From the NCBI RefSeq assembly GCF_009914755.1, contig NC_060929.1: a stretch of 64,000 nt of DNA. One strand, given 5' to 3'. The DNA is from the human T2T-CHM13v2.0 reference genome, Homo sapiens. The position numbers and the translations under genes were made by a program. The notes under the pieces were generated by a model that saw only the letters and a program-made list of their open reading frames with translations, was not told where the DNA came from and did no database searches. Shown piece after piece: positions 13,671 through 27,380 of this stretch. The first letter of the stretch is position 1. Every line of letters begins with the position of its first letter.

Positions 13671-14243
13671 CCTTCTTCCTCTTCCATCTCACGATCTCTT
13701 CCCCATCTTCCTCCTCCCCTCTCCTCCTCCCAGTCCTCATCTTCTCCACTCTCTTCCTCATCCCTCACCGCAACTCTTCCCTCCTCCTATTCTTCTTCCT
13801 CCCCTTCCTCCCACCTCATCTTCCTCTTCATTCCTTCTCTCTCCTTCCTCCCTCTCTTTCTCTCTGCCTTCTCCTCCTTTTAAAATCAATCCAGATTTAC
13901 TTGGCTTTTGATTTGTGATTTAGTAGTGATCAGGAGATTTGATGTTAAAGGAAAATCGGATAAGCCCAGAGCCACTGACCTAATTGATAGGAGTTGCCAT
14001 TGCCTCTGTTTTTCTGTATAAAATGGGAACAGTTTTTTGTACAATACAAGTACAATACAATACAAGTATTTATTTGGGCCCATATCTATTTTCACTAGTC
14101 TTCTGAGTTCTGTGAGGAACAAGAAAGGAATGAGTAGGACAATGTCCTCCCTCTTAGCAACTTCCTATCTCAATGGAGACCGCCTATCGAATGGGAATTT
14201 TCTACCCCAAGACACCTGAGACAGACCACAGTACACGCTGTGA

Positions 14244-14636
<393 letters not shown>

Positions 14637-16279
14637 TGACAATGTTCATCTTTAACAAAGTTCTGAAATTTGGGAAGATCTAGAATTGGAGGGCTAGGTA
14701 CTTCTAATTCTGATGAAGGGAGAACAGTCATGATCATAGTACCAAACTCTCTCCCCTAATTCCCTGTTCCCATGGGGAAGGGACCAGCCTTTTCATGTCC
14801 TGCTCTTCTTCCCCTTTATTGCAGTCCCCTACCCTGAGCTGGTTTTGGTATCGGCCCTTTCTTCTTCCCTTTCCTCTCAATCTTGCTCATTATGTGGGAC
14901 CTCAGCACTCCAGGGAGAAGCAAATGTCCTAGGCACAACAGCAAAACAGTGCATGTGGCAGAAGGCCATGGATGCTGACCTGAGCCTGGATCCCCGCTCC
15001 GCTCAAGATTCGTGGACTTAGGAGATTCAATCGACTTAGGAGATTCAATCGACAAGTTGAGCGAGGCGTCCAAGTTTGCTCCTGAAAATTGGGGGTGATA
15101 ATCCTACTTCACAGGACTGCTGTTAGGATTCAACAAGGCAATGCCTGGGTAAGCAGTAAGGTGCAGATAGAGATGCTCCCAAAATATTAGCTCTAACTTT
15201 TCCTCAGCTCTTTTCAGCTAAGCACGATGGCAAATAAAACCTTCAGGGGACACAGAAGATGAAAGAATTCACACTCTGGAATCTGTTCACCGTGGGCTTG
15301 GTCTCTGTTTCTGGTTCCAGAAGAGGTATATTATGAACAAGTGAACTGTCCTCTCTGAGCTGCAGTCTCCTCATCTGTAAAACAAATATCCAGAGCCCCC
15401 CCTCCACGGAGGGCTGTGCTCAGCATGAAACTAGCAATGCATGTGAAATGTTGAACCCATTGGTGGCGTGTAGAAGGTGCTGGCATCACTGCCGTGGCGA
15501 CCTTGGCTTAGTCAAGGTCACAGATATGGTGCCCCTTGGTGGCATCAGTATAGGGCTAGAGCTTTGTACCAACCTTAGAAAGATGATGAAACATGTTGGA
15601 AACGCTGAATCATCTCTACCAAGTCTTTACATGAAGTTTGCCGTCAAGGTATCTGCAGGCCAGGAAGCGTGTTTGGAAACAGGAGCTGGGCGCCTCCATG
15701 GGATTGATCTTCTTGAATTGCCCTTTGGAGGCCACTCACCACATCCGGTCCTCCCTAGAATCCACACACTGCCAAGAGCTCATCGCGGATCAAGAGCATA
15801 GTAACCAAACCCGGGGCAGCTGGCATTCTGGGGTGCTTTGTTCGCTAACCTTAAAAGCAAACCCAGCAACCCAGCACACTGGCAACAACCCATCAGCCTG
15901 CTTCAGGCAGGTCAGAGCCTGGGGACAGAGGAGCTTTCCTCGTCTGCTTATTAGAGTGACAGCCATGGAGATAAAAGTTTAATGTGCCGATTATCTTTCT
16001 GTTTTCGGGTGCCCGGCAGGACTGAATGGGCTACCTCATCCAAGCAGCCCATGGAGGGTGGGTGTGTGAAGTTGAAAACGGAAGGATACTCAGCTGATAG
16101 GATGGCAACACCGCTGCATTCTTGATCAGGGCTCCATGTGCCCTGAGCTGTCCCCAGAACCTGGCTATAGGGCCTGGTTCAGGCATTTCCACATTTCTCA
16201 GGTCCGGAGGGTTCGTTAGGGACACAACAGAGGGACCCGACTAAAATAAGCCCCCAGGAATAGAACTATTTGCAGGCAT

Positions 16280-16630
<351 letters not shown>

Positions 16631-16769
16631 TCATGCTTCTTCACAGGCTTGAAATGAATGGTGCTAACAGAGCCTGCCCTTATTACGAGAAAGTGTGCTG
16701 TGAAACTGATGTGGGGCAGGAACAGGCTCGTCCTCCCCTGGTGATATTTAACAACAATAATTATTGTGA

Positions 16770-16920
16770 TAATAACAAAAGTGACTCACATTGATTGGGC
16801 ACTCAGTATGTGTCAGGCGGTTTTCTCAGCACACACCTTAGTGCATTCAATCATCACCACAAGCCCATGAGGTAGGGTGCTAGTATCCCCATTTTACAGA
16901 GGGGAACACCGAGGCTCAAA
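16770..16920 (-). mobile_element. MIR
   Basis: ATCCCCATTTTACAGAGGGGAACACCGAGGCTCA. Confidence 0.8.
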
Positions 16921-17605
16921 AAGCAAGAATAAGAACCAAGAGATAATATTCTTAGATTCATGTGGGCCCAGCCATCATAGAGCCTGTAGTCTGGTGCACA
17001 GACCTTGATGCATGACATCAGTGCAGAAAAGCAATGCTGAGGAAAGGGATTGTGGGGAGAGGATTGGAAAGGAGGGATGTGTAAGCCTGGAAAGATAGGT
17101 TGGATTCAAGCAGTAAATCAAGATGGAAGGAGAAAGGAGGAAGGGACTCCTGGTGGAGGTCATAGCTCTGGGTAAGAGGAAAGAATTCCAGTGTATCTAA
17201 ACTGGGAATTCACAGCAGGTGGGGCTAGAAAGGGGAGGTGGAGTTGCATTGGGAAGCCTTGAATGCCAAGTCGGGGGAACTAGGCTTGATTTGGTCAACA
17301 TCAGGGGACAGCTAAAGTTTGGAGCAGTGGTGGCCCAGGAGGCTGCTCTTCCTCTTGGCTTCCTCTAGGGAAGTAAGCAAACAGAACAAAAGTGGGCTTT
17401 GGAGTAAGCCAATTCTGATTTTAATCTTGATTTTCCTCATGGATTTGCTCTGTGTCCCTAAGGAAGTTTCCTAACTTCTCTGAACAAAGACAATAATTGT
17501 ATGCATTTCATAGGTTTTTGGAGGTAAATATAATGTATGCAAAGTGTGAGGTTATGTAATAGGTATTCCATGATGGCGGCCAATATTCTTCTTTATTAAT
17601 CATAT

Positions 17606-18022
<417 letters not shown>

Positions 18023-18297
18023 TCAAGACCCATTTTAAAAATTCACTGTGAAACCTTTGCTAACTTCCGCATTGGAAAACAAGTCACTCTATCTGCCATG
18101 GCTCCAACTGGCCCTCATCACATGACATGGTAATTACGTCTGTTTATGGTCTCTCTTCTCAGCCAGATTGGGAGTTTCTGGAGGTGCAGAGACTGCTACA
18201 CTCCCCTCACTTAAATGGTTCTCCTACTGTGGTCTGCAGAACCGTGGAGGACCTCCTAAACCCTTTCAGAGGGCCTCACAGTGAAAACTATTTTCGG

Positions 18298-18708
<411 letters not shown>

Positions 18709-18832
18709 TTAGTATGAATCAAGGGAGTGGCCCCGAAGTGTACAGGTACTCATTGTATTCTTCTTATCACCTACTTGCATTAAAACACATGCCAGTTTCA
18801 CTTAGAAATACTCTTAATGAAGCAGTAAAATT

Positions 18833-19127
18833 TGTTTTTTTGTTGTTGTTGTTGATTTTTTGTTTTTTTTTTTGAGATGGAGTCTCACTCTGTCGCCCAG
18901 GCTTGACTGTGGAGTGGCCAATCTCGGCTCACGGCAACCTCTGCTTCCCGGGTTCAAGTGATTCTCATGCCTCAGCCTCCTGAGTAGTTGGGACTACAGG
19001 CATGTGCCACCCATGCCCAGCTAATTTTTTTTTTTTTTGTATTTTTAGTAGAGACAGGGTTTCACCATGTTGGCCAGGCTGGTCTTGAACTCCTGACCTC
19101 AAGTGATCCACATGCCTCGGCCTCCCA
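18833..19127 (-). mobile_element. AluS, 5'-truncated by about 30 nt, inserted in Charlie1
   Basis: Ends at CCTCCCA; 17-bp TSD AATGAAGCAGTAAAATT. Confidence 0.94.
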
Positions 19128-19341
19128 AATGAAGCAGTAAAATTATTAATTAAAAAATTCTCAACCCTTGAATGCATGTCTTTTTAATAATCTGTGTGAA
19201 AAAATGGAAAGTATGCATAAAGCACTTCTCACTCCGGCTGCCTACCAAAGCACAATGGTTGAAGGTAATGACAAGGAGAAGCACATGTGATTGAGCTGAA
19301 ATAGCCACTTTTTTCATGGAACACTCATTTTACTTGAAAGA

Positions 19342-19344
<3 letters not shown>

Positions 19345-19390
<46 letters not shown>
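19345..19390. repeat. (CA)23 microsatellite
   Basis: Direct reading. Confidence 0.97.
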
Positions 19391-19394
<4 letters not shown>

Positions 19395-21267
19395 GCACAA
19401 CCCATGGTTATTTAGATAGGTTTTCTGGCAGATGTTTTCCCAAAAAGTAACAAAATGAGGCTGGCACTTCAAAGAAAGCAATTAACAGTACTTGTTGCCA
19501 ATGATAAAATTCAAGCTAAGTGAAAATTAGAAGTTTGGAAAATTTTATCTGCAACTATGAGGGTGGCAACTTCCCATTACGCTTCTCCCATGAGATCTGT
19601 GGTGATATGGAGGCATATGGTTTTTGATACTGTATAATGAAATGTGTCAATATTTGAAAGATCTGCGGGGGAGGCAGCGAAGCAATAGTTTCCAAATGAA
19701 TAAAATACGTGATGTTATCAAATCGTGCATGGGTAAAAGACCCATTCAAAGGGCAAGCCAGACCACTGCATCTTAAAGTGACGGAGTAGAAAGAGTTCAT
19801 TCACATGATTTCAGATTTTACATTGCAACATCGCTTACCCACTTGTCAACTTTTCATGTAGTCTCAAAGAAGAATATCCATAATTATCCAAAAAGACTAT
19901 TAAAGTACTTCCCCCTTTTCCAACTACATGTCTGTCAGGCCAGATTTTCTTCATTCGTGTTCACCAAAACAAGATGTGGCACCAGATTGAATGCAGAAGC
20001 AGATATGAAGATTCAGCTGTCTTCGAGTAAGCCTGATATTAAATAGATTTGTAATCATGTACCACAATGCTGTACTTTTTATTAAATGTCTTTATTGTGT
20101 GAAATATAGTTTAGTTTTATAAAAATGTTATATGTTAACATGGAATGGACTTGTTACGTTTTCTAAATTACTGAATAAATAAATGTGCAATTCTTCAGCT
20201 TTAATTTATCATGTAGTAAATAGAAGCAAAAGTACTTTAAGGTCTTCAATAATTTTTAAGAGTGTAAAAGAGTTCTGAGACCAAACAGCCTGAGAGCTGC
20301 TGGCCTGGCACACAGTAGGTGCTCACTAAATAGCTGTGGTATCCAGGCCTTTGGGGATGATGACATGCCAGGCTGCATTGTACTGATTTCTCTCTGGTTC
20401 TCTTTTCTTCGTTAAGACACTGTCTGGACTGCCTGGTTGTCTCCTCCTGTGGTTCTAAGCAGGGGCTGCACTTGGTGGCCTGGGAGCTTCTGTAGGCTGA
20501 GTTCTCCTGCCTGGTTCATGCTAAGTATGATTACCGTGAGCCTCATGCCACATCCCAAATTGCTTCTGCAGCCTGCAGGTTCTAATTCCGTTTGTTTCCT
20601 GCCTTTTTCTCTGGGCTCAGGCCAGATTGGGAAGCCTATGGAATTGCTGAGACAGTAATTTGCAATTAAACTTAAGAAATATTAGAGGTCAAGTCTGGGG
20701 CAGATGTGGGCTCTTTTTTAGAATGGACCATTTCAGAATCAAGCAAAGGCAGACCACTTACCACGTGGGTCTTCTTCTCTTGGCTCAGGAAGGACGCCCC
20801 ACTGCAAGAAGGGAAATGCTGATCTCCCTGTCCTTGCTGGAAGGCAGAAATAGGTGGGGGGAGCAGTGACCCTTGCCTGACACCCTGTAATCCAATCTGC
20901 CCTCTCCTTCCTCTCTCCTTCCCGACTGATCCCTGTGGGCCTGAAAGAGAATGTCTTCTCTGGCCAGGCTGAGTGGCTGCCTGTCATTAGAGCTGAGGCC
21001 ACGATACACTTGAGGGAACAGTAATGGGGCCTGGGAAGAAAGCTAATTAGCTAATGTAGTAAAACGTATAAATAAAGAAGCCCAACAACCTTCAAGGCTT
21101 TCTGAGCTTGTGGAGGTTGAGGTGACCCTGGGGCTTTGGTGCCACAAGGCCTTTTGCGAAGGTCTGAGGTTCCCAGGCTTCCTCTGCTGGGGTCTTAGTT
21201 GGGAAGGGGCTGCCGGGAGATGAGCAGGTGGCAGCTCTGAATGTGATGAGCGCCCTCGGAAGGGGCC

Positions 21268-21685
21268 TTAGGTTGAGTTTCCCAGGAAGCAGACTGAGAT
21301 GGATGGCGTTTTGGGGAGTAAGCAGGAGAAGCTTACCTGTGAGGGGGTATAGGGGGCAAGGCCGGGCAGAGGGAGCAGCTGGACAGTGACGCAGCTGCCA
21401 CTGAGGCCTCAGCTGGTCCCCCGGGAGCTCAGGAGCCAGGGTGGCCCCATAGAGTTGGCTTGAATAGGGGCAAGGGGTCTGCATTGTTTTCCCCCATGCA
21501 GATCAGTCGCGATTGTGGCTGCCCCCTGGGGTGGGGCCAGAACCTAAGGCCACGCAGTCCTCTTCAGCCTAGTGCCAACCCCAGAGAAGGACTCAGTGAA
21601 GAGTCACCAGCAGCCAACATTCCCAGAATCCAGAGGAATGGGTGCCTGGGTCCCTATGGGAGATCCGGAAGCCGCACCATGGCAA
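21268..21685 (-). mobile_element. ERVL LTR16-family solo LTR
   Basis: TTAGGTTGAGTTTCCCAGGAAGCAGACTGAGATGG ... GAGGCCTCAGCTG ... CAGCAGCCAACATTCCCAG. Confidence 0.75.
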
Positions 21686-23984
21686 AGCTCACAGAGGGCA
21701 ACTGGAAGCCATCTGAGAAGGCCTGGAGCAGAGGGATGAGAGTCAAAGCCTGCAGGAAGCTGGAGACAGCAGGGACTTCAAGTTTCATTTTAAGATGAAA
21801 TCAGTATTGTTTCTAATGAAATCAAAGGAAACAGAAGGCATATCTGTTGAATGAATGTTTGAATGAAAGAATGAGTAAATAAATCAAGTCATATATGGGA
21901 ATTCAGGACATATGGAGGACAGAATTGCTCCTGGGCAAATATTTGGCCATTCTGTGCCTCTCTTCAGTTTTCTCATTTGGAAAAATGGGCATGGCACAAT
22001 TGTGACGATGAAATAATGTAATACGGTGTCATTACAGTGTCTGAAGTACAGTAGGAAATCAGTGAGTGCTACCTGCTACGGTGCTTGGTGGATGCTGCTG
22101 TTGTGGCGGTTCTTGGTCGTTGTTATTACTATTATGCTCAATGCTCACCCACCATGGCAGCCCTCAGGTAACCATGAGCCATGGAGCTTAAGGTCTCCCA
22201 GGGCACGATTGTAACAGTATATGGAAACCATGGAGGTACACATGTAGTTGGTCTCAGGTTTCAGCTGGGACTCGGTTTCCCAAAATGAGGGTGGGGAATG
22301 CTAGTAGTATCTAGAGTTTCTTCAGGGACACAGATAAAGCATTAAAGAAAGTAGTTCTCTTATTCAGTCCTCTCTCTATCCTTCTGATTAGATCAAGGAG
22401 AGTCTCATGACGGTGCTGGGGTGTCCCTAATGCCTCTTAACACTCATGATTCTCTTTACCGGAGAGAGAACAGGCTGCAGACTCAGCATCTCTCCAGGGC
22501 AGCAGAAATCTGGCTGCATTTCAGTAGCATTCTTTTGCTTTGGGTATTCTTATTTTTATGGTGGCCATCTATTTATAGCAAGTGCAACCTATTTTCCAAT
22601 TACTGTTGTGAGAGATTCTTCTTCACATAAATTCTATAAAATAAAAATTGGTGAGTTGACTTAAAGAAAAATGTAAAACAAATAAGAGCACAATTTGTAT
22701 GTGAATAGAGCAACCACCAGGAGGGGTTTGTGTGAATAATTGAGATTTGGGATGTGCTGGGCTTCCGGGACAGACAGGAAGTGTTAGGGAGGCAGAATTG
22801 ATGGGGCTAGAATCAGTTCCATGCCTTTGGCTCACAGTTTATGCCACAGAGAATGCCCTAACCTTCTCATTTCTGTGTGGCTCAGTTCCAACACATCTTT
22901 GCCATCCCAGCTCCAAGGCCACCTCCTTCACAAGCTTGCCCTGCATTCTTCCCACGTGAAGGTCACCTCTCTCCTGTCTATTCTGATAGCGCTTTGGGGG
23001 CAGCTTGCCTTTTGTGTTCTATTGGAACACAGCACATCAAATTCCAGTCATTTGTGCCTAACAAAGCACAGCGCATACAGGAGGTACTCAGCGAATGTTC
23101 ACTCCAAATCTGCACCTCACTAAACCATGGCCAGATGACATGCATGTGCACTGATTGACCTAATGGTAGCCAGACATAGAGACCACAACGAAGTGTAGTG
23201 GGACCCCCAGCTGCCAAATGCCTGATCTCCCTGTGATTTAAGACTTCACAGTTGCAATAGTTAACTCAAGCTAAACTTGCCAGGTGGTGGGCGTGGGGGC
23301 TAGATGGTGAAGATCAGAGCCAGACAGCCACTCCCCGTGTTTCTGGGAGATGCCGTGGGCACTGAATGGACATGGGGGTGCATCAGAACTGATGTCTGTA
23401 GCAGCCCTTGTCCTGTCCCCGGGAGCCATTCGCTTTTATCAAGGTTGCCTTGCCTCCCCCTTCTCCTTCTCAGGACCCTGGTGAGTTCCCCCTCCTCTGT
23501 CACAGATGATCAGCCGCTCTGCACTGGTCATGCTAGCAGCTGACTTTGGGAGAGAAGATCTCTGAACCAATAGTGTTCTCTCAACATGATGATTGCCTTT
23601 CTTCTGTTTCCGCTTGAGAAGAGACCGTTTGGCTTGGTGGAAAGTTCCCCAGGGGGCTCTGATGTCACATGGACTGGGATTTGAACTCCAGCTCCTCCAC
23701 TGTTGGCTTTGTGACTTTGGGCAAGTCACCTCCCCTCTTGGAGCCTCAGGTTTCTCATCTGTGAATAAAATGGGGATCGAAGTCCTTTCCCTCTGGGTTG
23801 TGCAGGTGGCAGGTGCTCCTGCTCCACAAAGCCCTGGTTCCTTCACCTGCTAAGCTCTGAGGTTGCACTGGGATGGAGGGTGGAATGATTGGGGAGAAAA
23901 TGCTAAACGAGAGGTGATCCTGTCCCCATTGTAATGGGTGCAAATGAAGGGCCAACTTTATTAAAATGGAAAATCCAGGATTTG

Positions 23985-24400
23985 TAGTTCTCACATTTTA
24001 ATGGGCCTAAGCCTCATCTGAAGGTGCCTGCTAAAAGGCAGATTTCTGGGTGCTGGTTCCAGAGGTTCTGTGTGGGGCCAGAGAATCCGCATTTTAAATA
24101 GCACCCTCAGGCATTCCACGGCATGCAGTTTCCAGCAATCCCTCTGAGAGCCCAGCTCTAGATTGCAATAGGGGACCACCACTCATAATTGGGAATTTTT
24201 TCCTTAAATATCCAGATTTCTAGTTCTTTCAGAGAATCTGAAGTGTTGGCAATCCTGGGCCTGCTTTCCTGCTTGACAGCAAAGAACAAGAGCTGAGTTG
24301 TACCTACTCCCTTTAGATGAGGCTGCTGTCTCCAGGAGCCTATTTATTTAAAGTCCTGGCCTAAACTCTAGTGTTGTTTGAGTTTGTGACCCCTGGCAGG
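23985..24400. mobile_element. MER5-like followed by MER102-like hAT remnants
   Basis: GAGAATCCGCATTTTAAATAGCACCCTCAGG (MER5); ATCCAGATTTCTAGTTCTTTCAGAGAATCTGAAGTGTTGGCAATCCTGGGC ... TTTGAGTTTGTGACCCCTG (MER102, minus). Confidence 0.65.
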
Positions 24401-24806
24401 TCAAGTCCTCTAACACCACAGATTAGGAAACTAAAATCTGGAGGCGAAGTGGCTTAGGTGTGGAGAGCTAGCTGTGGATGGCCAGGTCAGAGGCGGCCTC
24501 TGAAGAGCTGCCCAAGCAGAAAGCTGCAGCTTGGTAAACAAGGGTGATCCCTGAGGCAGGGCTAGGGCTCTGCGTGGGCACAGGGTGGGAAGGAGAGGAG
24601 GAGGGAGGAAGTCTTCTGTAACCGGTCCTCAGGAGCAGGGGCAGTTGATGGCTATTTTTACCCTCACAGGGGATAAGCCTCCCTGAGGCTACAGAAGCAA
24701 AGCCCAGAGATGGGAGTCGGGGAGACAGAGCCTCCTCATGATGTCACGATGTCACCTGAGCTCCTGGGTCCAGCTTGTTTCATGAGCTGGTAAGTATCCG
24801 CCCACC

Positions 24807-25314
24807 TAGGGTTGCCAGAGAAAACAGGTTGCCCAGTTCAATTTGATTGTCCGATAATGATTTTTTTAATACAAGTATGCCCTGTGCAATATTTGAGACA
24901 TACCTATATTAAAAAAGTTATTAGTTCTTTTTTTTTTTTTTTCGAGACAGGGTCTCACTCTGTTGCCCAGGCTGGAGTGCAGTGGCACAATCTTGGCTCA
25001 TTGCATCTTCCGCCTCCCAGGTTCAAGCAATTCTTCTGCTTTGGTCTCCTGAGTAGCTGGATTATAGGAACATGCTACCACGCCCGGCCAAATTTTATTT
25101 TTTGGTATTTTTAATAAAGATGGGGTTTTACTATGTTGGCCCAGCTGGTCTCGAACTCCTGACCTCAAGTGATCTTCCTGCCTCGTCCTCCCCGCCAAAG
25201 TGCTGGGGTTACAGGTGTCAGCCACAATGCTTGGCCAAAAAATTGTTAGTTCTTTATCCAAAATTCAAACTGGGCTGGCATTCTGTATTTTTATTTGCTA
25301 AATCTCACAACCCT
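24807..25314. mobile_element. MER53 palindromic MITE, interrupted by an Alu
   Basis: TAGGGTTGCCAGA ... CCCAGTTCAATTTGA and TCAAACTGGGC ... AATCTCACAACCCT termini. Confidence 0.85.
24928..25236 (-). mobile_element. Alu (S/J, diverged)
   Basis: Reverse Alu dimer; TSD about AAAAAGTTATTAGTTCTTT / AAAAAATTGTTAGTTCTTT. Confidence 0.93.
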
Positions 25315-26549
25315 CACCTTATCCTTCCTTTGGGCTTAAGCCAGCCTGGTTTGGTTTCCGAGTCTTTCAACCAAAGGGATCTCGGTAGAAGCAGGCAGTT
25401 GTGCAACTGGGGCCCAGGCACGTGACTCAACTTGCCCAGGGTCACAAGGCCAGCAACTTATATTGGTGGATTAGAACTCAGGTCTGCGACTTGGTAACCA
25501 GTGCTTCCTCTGCGACCTGACCTCTAAGGTGAGAGGCAGGGACATGGCAGAGAGGAGGAGATGGGTCTGAAGCTGATGCAACAGAATTGGGTTTGAACAG
25601 AATGTGGAGCGGGGAGGAGAGAAGGGGACTGGGGCTCACAGCTTTGTTGACTGAGAGGTGACATTACTTTTAATATTACTTATTAATTCACTCATGGCAT
25701 ATTTATCAAGCACCTACAAGGTGCAAGGCATGTGCTTATTTCTCTGATATCTGAAACGGGCTGATAGTATCAGTGTTTACCCTTTCCATTTTATAGACTG
25801 GGAGAGTGAAGCTCAGAGAAGCCACAGGTCTGGGGGCCTCTGGGGCTGGGGTTACATCCTAGGCCTCCTACCCAGAGCCCCCCACCACTCCCTGCCAGCC
25901 CACATGGAGGCCAGTCTGCTCCACGCCTCGCTGCATATTCAAATCCAACCCCCTACCCCCATCTGAGAAAAGCAATGCAAATTGGAATCACCAGTGAGCA
26001 TTCAGTCTGTGTCCACCTTTGGCAACTTTGTCTGTCCTAACACATGTGATGTTTAATCCTGTGACCCTGTGCCCTGCATCCTGGCCACAGCTCTCCTGGC
26101 AGGACCCCAGCCACATCTTTCTACCTTGTGGGATAAAGGATGCTCAGGGTAGGGGGTGCAGGTAACAGGAGCTCAGGGCTTCAGCAGAGCCGGAAGTTGG
26201 ATCCAGGCCTCTGGTGCCATGGTGACGGTTGCTATAGAAATGCACCAGCTGCACTCAGCACGCCTACCAGGATCTGTGGGGGTTTTTCATAGACTGGAGC
26301 CAACAGAGAAGGGGAACTCTGTAGTGGTGAGAGCCCTGGAGTGAGAGCCAAGCTTCATCTTGGGGCTGCCCTTCCCTGTGTCTCCATCTCCATCCCCTGC
26401 CATCCCCCTCCTGTCCCCCTCCTTAGTCTGTGCAGTCTCCAGCAATGGTAGCTTGGCTGCTGTGCTCTCAGCCTGCAATGCCCTTTCTGGCTTCTTCACT
26501 TGGCTAGTTCCCAGGTACCCTCCAAGCCTCATCTTAATGCTGTATTTCC

Positions 26550-26795
26550 TCCAGCAAATACCAAGTGTCTACTAAGCACAGGACACCATTCTGGCCACCA
26601 GGGACACAGCAGTGGCCAAGAATGACAAGGTCCCTGCTCTCATGGGGCTGCCAGTCTAGGTGGGAGTGACACAGGCATCAAGGGAGCGCCCAAGTAAATG
26701 AATGAGAACACATTCAGGTGATGCCGGGGAGAAACAAAGGAGGGCAATAGACAGGCAGTAATGGGGTTGTGGAGACTCGGTGGTCAGGGAAGCTG
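26550..26795 (-). mobile_element. L2 remnant
   Basis: CAGCAAATACCAAGTGTCTACTAAGCACAGGACACCATTCT ... GACAAGGTCCCTGCTCTCATGGGGCT. Confidence 0.7.
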
Positions 26796-27257
26796 GGTCC
26801 AAGGAGTGGCATTGTCCTCCCTGAGCCCTCCAGCCCTCCTCCCCTCCATTTTCTGGTTCCACTGCATGGATTTTGTCCTTGAATCACAGCACTGATGACC
26901 CTAAAATGTCACTGCTTGTCTCCCAAACTTGTCTTCCAAACAGCTGCTTCCTCTTTGAAGGCAGGAGTGCAGCCTGATTTATCTCTGTGTCCCCTATGTC
27001 TGGCAATAACAGGGACTTGGTAAGGCACACATTCATAGAGTGCGTTCCATGGGCCAGGCAATGTCACAGACAGCTCTCATTTCCCCTGTATGTTGATTCC
27101 AAGACATAACTATGATTTGATCATCACTTTAGAGATTGAGGAAGCAAAGCTCATCTAGGGTTAGTGACCTGCTCCAGGTCCCGCAGCCAGTGCGTGGGAG
27201 GTTTGAGATTCAAACCCTACTCTACACTCTCTGTGCCCCTTGTATGTAATGCGGTCA

Positions 27258-27380
27258 CAGCTTTATTAAGATATCATTCACATACCATACAATTCACCCT
27301 TTTAAGGTGTACATGCAAATGCTTTTCAGTCTATTCACAGAGTTGTGCAAACATCAGAACCATCCATTTTAGAACACTTG
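27258..27380 (-). mobile_element. L1MB 3' end fragment
   Basis: CAGCTTTATTAAGATATCATTCACATACCATACAATTCACCCTTTTAAGGTGTACA. Confidence 0.85.

Noticed and set aside
13182-13911. 233-aa and 234-aa Pro/Ser/Leu-rich ORFs
   Set aside because: They are translations of the C/T minisatellite, open only because the tract lacks stop codons.
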